Below are positions 1 to 7,003 of a stretch of DNA of 36,899 nucleotides, one piece after another. A model generated the notes under the pieces. It was not told where the DNA came from, did not search any database, and worked only from the letters and a program-made list of their open reading frames with translations. The position numbers were made by a program, and so were the translations under genes. Origin of the DNA: an uncultured bacterium (GTDB taxonomy: Bacteria; Armatimonadota; Zipacnadia; Zipacnadales; UBA5352); assembly GCA_965603135.1 (NCBI GenBank), contig CBFDBV010000003.1, positions 1 through 36,899 of the forward strand, read 5' to 3'. How positions within the stretch are numbered: the first letter of the stretch is position 1; each line of letters begins with the position of its first letter.

Positions 1-95
1 ACGCGCGTGAGGGCCTGGTAGGGTCCCGGCTCCGGCGGCTCCCCTACCTCGCGCCATGCAACTTCGCCCGGCCGTTCGACGACGATCGCCTTCAT
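1..95 (-). CDS. Zinc-binding/MDR-family dehydrogenase, N-terminal part (runs off the window edge)
   Basis: Minus strand from ATG at 95 reads MKAIVVERPGEVAWREVGEPPEPGPYQALTR, a typical MDR alcohol-dehydrogenase start. GGAG-rich RBS upstream. Not in the ORF track because it is truncated. Confidence 0.7.
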   Translation of the reverse strand, partial: MKAIVVERPGEVAWREVGEPPEPGPYQALTR

Positions 96-150
96 CAGGT
101 TCTCCGCTCCAACACGGCGATAAGTGTTCAGAACCCCCAAGGACGACATT

Positions 151-173
151 GGCGGGCTGGAAGCCCGCCCTAC
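151..173 (-). repeat. GTAG-type REP-like palindrome
   Basis: Minus strand reads GTAG-GGCGGGCT-TCC-AGCCCGCC, an 8-bp perfect stem preceded by GTAG. It lies between divergent genes and is flanked by AACCCCC (132-138) and GGGGGTT (176-182). Confidence 0.6.
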
Positions 174-317
174 GCGGGGGTTTCGGGCGCGATGCAACTG
201 AGCGGAGCTTCTTTCGCTGGCCGCTCGCTTTTCACCTGCCAGCAGACGGATAACTGCCGCCGGCACCTGCAAGGTCCGCGCCTTGCTGCGGCGAATAGCC
301 CGACGGAGGTGGTACTG

Positions 318-2732
318 ATGCGGATCATACTGGCGACTGCGTGCATCCTGTCGTGCGCGATCTGCGCCGCACAAGAGGATCTCGCCGACTTCTGGCGGCG
401 AGGCCACGTGCGTGAACTGCTCGTAGGCGGTATCAAGGACGTCGAGCTGACCGAGTGGGCGGAGGTCGGCGTCAACTGCGTGATGGGCGTCAAGCCTGAC
501 GAGGCGCACGAGCTTGGCCTTGTGACGCGCTCGTGGTTCACAATGAACTCCATCCGCCCCAAGACCTTCGACGACGACCTGGACCGGATCAAGGCTATGT
601 GCGCCGTCAACAAGGATGGCAGCTACCGGCGGCCCTACGATCCGCTGTTCCCGGGCGTGGCCAACAACTGGTCGGCGTGCGTGAACAACCCGCTCTGGCG
701 CGAGTACGCGGCGGGCGTCTTTCAGAGCAAGGCCAAGGAGGGTTGGGACGGCTGTCACATTGACTACGCCTCGCACTATGAGCCGTGCTTCTGCGAGCAC
801 TGCTGCGCACGCTGGGCGGAGTACGCAAAGGAGCACGGGCTGGAGGTGACCGACCTGCGCGAGCTTCCCGGCGATATGCGCTACCGGATGCACCTACGCG
901 AGTTCCGCATACTCTGCGTGATGGACTTCCTGGCGATGTGCCGGGACGAGGCGCGCAAGTTCCATCCCGGCTTCTGCACCGATGGCACCTGGCACCAGGA
1001 TTCGGGCAGCACCTACCAGTGGGCCTACGGCGATCACTTCGATATGATGTGCATCGAGGGCACCACGTGGGGGCCGTTCCCGCCGCGCAGCCAGCAGATT
1101 ACGTGGCTCAAGCTCGCCCACGCGCTCACCGACGGGAAGGTGGCGATGTCAGTCACCTACCACCTCCTCACCGAGGAGGGCAAGCGCCACCACGGCCGGA
1201 TGGCGCCCGACCGGGCGAAGCTGGCCCTGTGTGAGATAATGAGCCAGGGCGCGGTGAGCTGGCTGGGGCTGGGCGGCCCGGGGACGGGCAGCCTCCTGCG
1301 CGAGCACGCGCAGATAGTCAAGGATGTCTACGCCACGTGGGCCGCGCTGGAACCGCAGCTTACCAGCCGCCAGGAGATCGGCGAGGTCGGCATCGTGTTC
1401 TCCCCACGCAGCTTCCTGACCAGCGGCTCGTCACGCAAGCAGCTCTACGCCATCGGCCAGGCGCTGATGAAGGCGCACATTCCCTTCATCATTCATTCCG
1501 ACGTGGGGTTGACGGCTGAGAAGCTCGCGGCCTGCCCGGGGACGGTGCTGCTGGATGCCGCAGCGCTGACAGCGGAGGCGACCGAGGCCCTCAAAGCCTA
1601 CGTGGGCGATGGCGGCAAGCTGCTGGTGGTCGGCGCCGAGCCGAAGTACGCCGCCGACTGGAGCGACCTGGAGACGGTGCCGGAGCTGCTGGCGAAGCCC
1701 GAGGGCGAAAAGGGCCTCGGCACCAAGACCGTGGAGGGAAAGACCGTCTGGTATGTGCTCGGCGATGCGATGGCGGGCGTGCGGCTGGGCGCAGCTCAGA
1801 ACGTGATCGTGGATCAGAAGGAGCCGGGCCTGCTGGCGGTCGAGGGAGAGAGCAAGGCGCTCAATCTCTCCGGCACGCCCGGCAGCGGCTACTCGATCTA
1901 CGTGGACATCACCTACCAGGATGGGAGCAATCTGTGGGGGCAGATCGCGACCTTCAACACCGGCACCCATGACTGGGAGTCCTCCCGCTGCATCATCGAG
2001 CCGGCAAAGCCGGTGAGGAGCGCCAACGTCCACCTGCTGCTGCGCGGGCAGTCCGGGACGGCCTGGTTCCGCAAGGTGCGCTTCGGGCCGTGGGATCCCG
2101 ACAAGAAGCAGATCACCGAGAACCTGCTGGGCGACGGCCTCAATCCTGGCGGCGGCGAGACCTACGTGGCCGGGCCGGGACAGGATGCTGCCAAGGGAGT
2201 CTGGGGCCCCTACGCGGCCGGCTTCGAGGTCGAGGAGATCGCGGGCGAGGGGCCAACCATGAAGCTGTCCAGCGATGCGGACGCGGTCCGCGTCTCCCAG
2301 ATGCACGAGCCGGACCCGGCGGCCACGGAGGCCGCGATGCGCTTCCTGGCGCCGGTTCTCCCGGAGCGGCGGATGCTGACCATCGAGGGCGAGGGCGGCG
2401 CTGTGGCGGCGGGGAGCGACCGCTTGCGGGCGCCGGGCGCGGACTGCGTGTACTGCGATGTGTGCGAGTGCGAGGGAGGCGCGCTCCTTCAGTTCCTCAA
2501 CTACAACGCCGAGCTTCACCCCGAGCTGCCGGAGATGGAGCAGCAGAAGGCCGACCGGACCATCCCGGTCAGCGGCCTGCGCGTCACGTTCACGCTACCT
2601 GAGGGCAAGCGGCTCGGTAGAGTGAGCTTAAAGGTGCCGGGGGAGGTGGACGTGAAGCTGCGAGCCGAGGACGGCATCTTTATCCTGCCGAAGTTCGAGC
2701 AGTACGCGGCGGTCGTCGCCGAACTGAGGTGA
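318..2732 (+). CDS. Secreted putative glycoside hydrolase (TIM barrel, class I GATase-like/beta-galactosidase trimerisation-like domain, CBM-like insert)
   Basis: ORF 192..2732; start moved to ATG 318 (GGAGG RBS, signal peptide MRIILATACILSCAICAA). Motifs CVNNPLWR, WDGCHID, CFCEHC, ALKAYVGDGGKLL and TGTHDWE. Confidence 0.7.
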   Translation: MRIILATACILSCAICAAQEDLADFWRRGHVRELLVGGIKDVELTEWAEVGVNCVMGVKPDEAHELGLVTRSWFTMNSIRPKTFDDDLDRIKAMCAVNKDGSYRRPYDPLFPGVANNWSACVNNPLWREYAAGVFQSKAKEGWDGCHIDYASHYEPCFCEHCCARWAEYAKEHGLEVTDLRELPGDMRYRMHLREFRILCVMDFLAMCRDEARKFHPGFCTDGTWHQDSGSTYQWAYGDHFDMMCIEGTTWGPFPPRSQQITWLKLAHALTDGKVAMSVTYHLLTEEGKRHHGRMAPDRAKLALCEIMSQGAVSWLGLGGPGTGSLLREHAQIVKDVYATWAALEPQLTSRQEIGEVGIVFSPRSFLTSGSSRKQLYAIGQALMKAHIPFIIHSDVGLTAEKLAACPGTVLLDAAALTAEATEALKAYVGDGGKLLVVGAEPKYAADWSDLETVPELLAKPEGEKGLGTKTVEGKTVWYVLGDAMAGVRLGAAQNVIVDQKEPGLLAVEGESKALNLSGTPGSGYSIYVDITYQDGSNLWGQIATFNTGTHDWESSRCIIEPAKPVRSANVHLLLRGQSGTAWFRKVRFGPWDPDKKQITENLLGDGLNPGGGETYVAGPGQDAAKGVWGPYAAGFEVEEIAGEGPTMKLSSDADAVRVSQMHEPDPAATEAAMRFLAPVLPERRMLTIEGEGGAVAAGSDRLRAPGADCVYCDVCECEGGALLQFLNYNAELHPELPEMEQQKADRTIPVSGLRVTFTLPEGKRLGRVSLKVPGEVDVKLRAEDGIFILPKFEQYAAVVAELR
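2394..2439 (+). repeat. 42-bp in-frame inserted element, copy 1
   Basis: 2400-2433 is identical to 26204-26237 (34 bp), and the match covers 46 bp with 2 mismatches. GGGCG direct repeats at 2393-2397 and 2435-2439 are 42 bp apart. Confidence 0.85.
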
Positions 2733-2758
2733 ATGGCTCCGCCAGGGAGGGGACAGTG

Positions 2759-4393
2759 ATGTTGCGTGCGTTCGTGATTGTCTGTAGCGCAATGACAGCC
2801 GGTGCAGCACTGGCTCAGAACCTGGTGGTCAACCCGTCGGCGGAGGAGGCCGCCGAGAACGGGATGCCGGTGGGGTGGGGCCTGTACATCGGCGCGGGCG
2901 GGGCGAAGCTGACCGTCTCAACCGAGGAGAAGCACTCCGGCGAGGGGTCCGCCTGCCTGGAGCTGACCAAGTGGTACACCCCCAAGGACGCTGAGGACAC
3001 CGCCGAGAATCACAGCGTCAGCGCCGGGATCGTCCTGGCCGAGAGCAGCTTCTACGGTCCCGAAGGCGCGCTCGAGGCTGTGCCCGGAGGGACCTACGTG
3101 TTCTCCTTCTGGTACAAGGGCGACATCAAGTCAGGGCGCGTGGTAGCGAGGGGCTGGCCGGCGGGCGAGGACGATGAGGTCAAGCCCGTCGGCCTCCCCG
3201 TAACCGGGGGAACTCTGCGACCGGGCAACGCGTGGCAGAGGGCGACCGGCACCTTCCGCGTCGCGGCGAGCACAACCCGCTTCGCGCTGATGATTCAGAC
3301 GCACGGCAAGGAGAAAAAGGGCTTCGCCTTGGGCAAGCTCTACGCGGACGATGCCGAGATACTCCCGAAGGCCTACCCGGACGGCGAGATGCGGGCCGTC
3401 TGGTGGGGCTCGGTTAGGGCCAAGGAACGCGACGAGGGCCTACGGGAGATAGCCGAGAGCCTGGACAAGCTGAAGGCCGCCGGCTTCAACACCATCTTCG
3501 CGACCGTGACGACGCTGTATATGGCCGCGTTGGATGCCCCCGAACCAGAGAAGCTCGACCCGCGGGCGGCATGGGACGCCTTCGGCGAGGTCATCAAGGC
3601 CGCCGACGAGCGCGGTATTCAGGTGCACGCGTGGGTCTCACCGTGGATCTACAAGCACGCCTACCGCGCCGTGGAGCTGCGCGATCACCCGGAGTGGGCA
3701 GCAGTCAACTCGGAGGGGGTCGCCACCGAGGGCGGCGTGTGTCTGGTTCGGCCCGAGGTGCGGCAGTTCGAGCTGGATTTCGTGGCCGCGGTCATTGACC
3801 GGTACCCAGGCCTGGTCGGGATACACGTCGAGGAGCCCGGCTTCCCCTGGGGCGACTACTGTTACTGCGACTACTGCCAGCAGCTCTGTCGCGAGTGGTT
3901 CGGCATTGACATCCGCGAGGACCCCGAGGCCGCGAGGCCCGTGGTACGCAACCTGGCGGCCTTTATGAGCACCGACTACTTCGCGCGGCTGCGCAAGCTG
4001 ATGATGGACAAGCGCCCGGAGATGTGGCTGTCGGCCAACGGCTCGGGCGGGGCCAACCCGGACTGGTACATTGGCCGCGACTGGACCACCTGGGCCCGCC
4101 GAGGATACATTGACTTCTACGTGCCGCAGCTCTACACGAAGGACGTGGCGTCTCTCGCACAGCGCGCCCTGGAGACGAAGGAATACCTCGGGCGATGCGA
4201 CCTGGTCACGGGGATGGCGATCACCTGGAGCGGCATCTACCCCGAGCGCCAGGACCCCGAGGTTATCAAGGCCGAGATCCGCGCCGCGCGCGAGGTGGGC
4301 TCCAAAGGCTTCGTGCTCTTCCACCGTTATCACTTCTATGACGAGCACTTCGGGGCCGTGCGTGAGGCGATTGACGAGCGCGCCGGGCAGTAG
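2759..4393 (+). CDS. GHL10 (DUF187-like) glycosyl hydrolase-like protein with N-terminal CBM4/9-like domain
   Basis: Signal peptide after a GGGAGG RBS. NLVVNPSAEE...PVGW is CBM-like; EMRAVW, AGFNTIF, IKAADERGIQVHAW, HPEW, DWTTWARRGYIDFYVPQLY match GHL10. Confidence 0.8.
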   Translation: MLRAFVIVCSAMTAGAALAQNLVVNPSAEEAAENGMPVGWGLYIGAGGAKLTVSTEEKHSGEGSACLELTKWYTPKDAEDTAENHSVSAGIVLAESSFYGPEGALEAVPGGTYVFSFWYKGDIKSGRVVARGWPAGEDDEVKPVGLPVTGGTLRPGNAWQRATGTFRVAASTTRFALMIQTHGKEKKGFALGKLYADDAEILPKAYPDGEMRAVWWGSVRAKERDEGLREIAESLDKLKAAGFNTIFATVTTLYMAALDAPEPEKLDPRAAWDAFGEVIKAADERGIQVHAWVSPWIYKHAYRAVELRDHPEWAAVNSEGVATEGGVCLVRPEVRQFELDFVAAVIDRYPGLVGIHVEEPGFPWGDYCYCDYCQQLCREWFGIDIREDPEAARPVVRNLAAFMSTDYFARLRKLMMDKRPEMWLSANGSGGANPDWYIGRDWTTWARRGYIDFYVPQLYTKDVASLAQRALETKEYLGRCDLVTGMAITWSGIYPERQDPEVIKAEIRAAREVGSKGFVLFHRYHFYDEHFGAVREAIDERAGQ

Positions 4394-4423
4394 ACCCGCA
4401 GACCGCAAAGGAGACAGGGCAAG

Positions 4424-5326
4424 ATGAGCGTCAGCAGATGGATTGATACGCACATCCACGTGAGCAACTACGGCCCCGGCGGCGTCGAGCGCGAAGACAT
4501 CCTCGATGACCTCCTGGAGTTGCTCGACCGCAGCGGCGTGGACCTGCGCTTCATCATCAGTTGCGATGGGCCCTGGACCAGCCGGATGATGCAAGATGCC
4601 GACCAAGTGCTCGAGGCGAATCGCTTCATCTACGACCTGGTGCGCCGAGCGCCGGAGCGACTCTACGGAAGCTGCACGGTCAACCCCAACTTCCCGGAGC
4701 AGTCGCTCGAAGTGATGCGCATCTGCTTCGAGAAGTGGGGGTTCGTCCAGCTTGGCGAGATGCTCCAGTACATGATGAAGTACGATATGGACTCTGACGC
4801 GGTGGAAGAGGAGGTGCGCCTGGCGGTGCAGCTCGACGTGCCGGTGCAGGTGCACATATCTACCTCGAACCGGGGAGAGCATCCGTCGAGCTTCGGGATG
4901 GAGCAGCTTGCGGACCTCTTCGAGGCCGTCGAGCGTGTGCCGGAGGCGAAGTACATCCTCGCCCACGCCGTGGGTATGCCCGACGACAACCCGCCCGTGG
5001 TGGATCAATACCTGGATGCAATAGAGGACAGATACGGCGAGTTCCCCGGGAATTTCTGGGTTGAGATACGCGACTTCAGCTCGCCCGGCGTGCGCAGTGT
5101 GATGGATCGCGTGCCCTCGACCCAACTGCTCGCGGGCACTGACTGGACGACAAGGGTAGGGCCGCCCTTCCAGCCCTACGGCACTATCTTCGGGACGACA
5201 CCCGACGAGAACCCCTATCCCCCCAGCATTGAGGCGATGGTCGAGTTCCTGAGCGAGGCCGGCGCCAACGAAGCTGACATCGAGGGAATCGTCTTTCAGA
5301 ACGCCGCGAGCCTCTACCGATTGTGA
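4424..5326 (+). CDS. Amidohydrolase family protein (Amidohydro_2-like)
   Basis: IDTHIH metal motif, PVQVH, ILAHA and LLAGTDW; C-terminal IVFQNAASLY; GGAGA RBS. Confidence 0.85.
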   Translation: MSVSRWIDTHIHVSNYGPGGVEREDILDDLLELLDRSGVDLRFIISCDGPWTSRMMQDADQVLEANRFIYDLVRRAPERLYGSCTVNPNFPEQSLEVMRICFEKWGFVQLGEMLQYMMKYDMDSDAVEEEVRLAVQLDVPVQVHISTSNRGEHPSSFGMEQLADLFEAVERVPEAKYILAHAVGMPDDNPPVVDQYLDAIEDRYGEFPGNFWVEIRDFSSPGVRSVMDRVPSTQLLAGTDWTTRVGPPFQPYGTIFGTTPDENPYPPSIEAMVEFLSEAGANEADIEGIVFQNAASLYRL

Positions 5327-5334
5327 ACTCCGCC

Positions 5335-5474
5335 GGTGGCGGTGGTCAGTGGCGAGTGGCTAAGGAGCGTCATACGTCAATCGGCAACCGTCAATCGGGA
5401 ACGACAGTTGACGGCTGACGGTTGACGCTTGCCCGTCGTTCCTGCCGTTACTCGCCACTCGCAACTGTCGTTCC
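5335..5474. repeat. Nested inverted heptamer-repeat intergenic element
   Basis: GTGGcga-type heptamers (5335-5361) are complementary to ACTCGCC/ACTCGCA (5450-5466). CGTCAAt heptamers (5368-5395) are complementary to GTTGACG heptamers (5407-5427). GGAACGACAGTTG (5398-5410) is the exact reverse complement of 5462-5474. Confidence 0.75.
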
Positions 5475-5504
5475 TGTCGTGCCTGCGCCCGAAGGGCGCT
5501 TACT

Positions 5505-6383
5505 ATGCCTGAACTGAGCTACGCGTACACGCTGTCGGCCATCGCGGCCCTGCTGATGGGCTTCGTGGTCATCTTCATCAAGCTGGCGCAGAGCCCGGGC
5601 CGCCTGGGCATCGGCATCTCCCTGGCGACCGGCACCTTCGTGATGTTCGTGCTGGCCGGCGAGGACGCAGCGCTGCTCGTCCGCCTCCCGTACAGAGACC
5701 TCGCGCTCTTCTTCGTGATCGGCACGCTGGAGTTCACCGTCGGCCTTATGCTATACTACGAGAGCCTTCAGCTCGGCAGTGTCAGCGTGGCGGTGCCGAT
5801 CACGCGGCTGAAGGTCCTCCCCCTGCTGGCCTTCTCGATACTGCTGGGCCTGGAGGTCTTCAGGTGGGCATTGCTCGGCGCGTGCGTGCTGGTGGTGCTC
5901 GGGGGCGTGCTGGTGGGCGGGCGAGACAGCGGCGCCGAGGCACGGGATCGAGCCACCCAGCGCCTCTCCGTCCTGCTCGCGATCGCAGCCTGTCTGTGTT
6001 GGGCTGTGGCCGAGACGCTGATAGGCAAGCTGCCCAAGGACCTGCCACCTATCCCGACCAACGCCCTGCTGCTGAGTTGCGCGCTGGTGAGCTGGGTGCT
6101 CTACGCGCTGGTGTCCGGTGCATGGCGCGAGCTGCTGCAGATGCCCGGCCGAGGGGTCTGGTGTTACATGGCCCACGGCATCATCAGTCTCTCGACGGCG
6201 TTCGTGCTGATCGTGCGCGCGATGCAGATTGCCGGCCCGCCGCGCGTGAACGTCATCACCTCGACCTACCCGCTCATCTCGGCGATGGTGGGCTGGTGGC
6301 TGTTCAAGGAGCGCTTCAGCCCGATGATCGGCCTCGGGGCGTTGCTGCTCGTGACCGGGGTAATACTGCTCCAGTTCATCTGA
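5505..6383 (+). CDS. DMT/EamA family transporter
   Basis: 292 aa with about 10 hydrophobic segments and two EamA-like halves (YYESLQLGSVSVAVPI; TYPLISAMVGWWLFKERFS). Confidence 0.9.
   Translation: MPELSYAYTLSAIAALLMGFVVIFIKLAQSPGRLGIGISLATGTFVMFVLAGEDAALLVRLPYRDLALFFVIGTLEFTVGLMLYYESLQLGSVSVAVPITRLKVLPLLAFSILLGLEVFRWALLGACVLVVLGGVLVGGRDSGAEARDRATQRLSVLLAIAACLCWAVAETLIGKLPKDLPPIPTNALLLSCALVSWVLYALVSGAWRELLQMPGRGVWCYMAHGIISLSTAFVLIVRAMQIAGPPRVNVITSTYPLISAMVGWWLFKERFSPMIGLGALLLVTGVILLQFI
6234..6383 (+). repeat. Direct repeat A1: EamA 3' end (partner at 10004-10153)
   Basis: 150 bp; the first 120 bp are identical and the last 30 bp have 6 mismatches. Confidence 0.95.
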
Positions 6384-6416
6384 TTACGGGCGCCAAGGCC
6401 CAGAAGAGGTGAAACT

Positions 6417-6590
6417 ATGAGTGCCAAGCTTGCGACGATAATGCTCTACGCCCTGGCGGCGTACTCGATCGCGATGGCTACCGATGGAGCCCCCTGGTCC
6501 GACCCGCGGTCGCGGCTACGCACCAGCCCCACTTGCCTCGCACTGACGCCTGCAACTGCGTATGGAGTTGCCCTGCCTGGGGCAGAATGA
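6417..6590 (+). pseudogene. Decayed 5' fragment homologous to the start of the 10189..14781 gene
   Basis: GAGGTG RBS, a signal-like peptide, then APWSDPRSRLRT versus APWWNPRWRLRT. Spacing after the EamA stop is similar (33 vs 35 nt). Stops after 57 codons. Confidence 0.7.
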
Positions 6591-7003
6591 ACTGCCTCGA
6601 TTAGCGGGTACGGACAAAGCCACGATGACCCGACCAATGAGCGGACAGAAGCATCCCAATCGGCAACAGAAGACGAAACTTGTGCAGGGCCGTGAAGGTG
6701 GCTTGCGGAATATCAGCATCACTTCGTCTGTACTGCTCGAAACGTGGCAGGACCGCGTGTCTTCACATTCCTACGGCGCAGCGATTGACGACCGGGGGCT
6801 TGAGCGCAGATGTGGATGCCGACATGTCACTCAGCAAGACCCGAAAGCTACTCTATGTAGATGACCCCGAGGCCGACACAATGCTTGTGTCGGCCCAATG
6901 GTACGCCTTGACGCTCGTGCGAAGTCCGCGCAACCACTGCCTGACGAATGAAGGCGCCGTGGTCGGGGGCTGAGACTTATGAGCCCAAGGTCAGGGGAAG
7001 GGG

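Noticed and set aside
17-48. GGTAGGG...CCCTACC inverted repeat resembling a REP
   Set aside because: It lies in the coding sequence of the minus-strand dehydrogenase (EVGEPPEPGPYQ) and is explained by codons.
192-317. N-terminal extension of the 846-aa ORF
   Set aside because: The RBS and signal peptide point to ATG 318.
5398-5430. Guanidine-II (mini-ykkC) riboswitch, suggested by ACGA/ACGG words upstream of a DMT gene
   Set aside because: No pair of clean ACGR-capped hairpins; the words are part of the heptamer repeats.
6824-6973. Short ORF starting MSLSKTRKLLYVDDP, resembling a receiver-domain start
   Set aside because: Similarity is limited to a few residues and the other receiver motifs are absent. 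It may be a relic but is unsupported.
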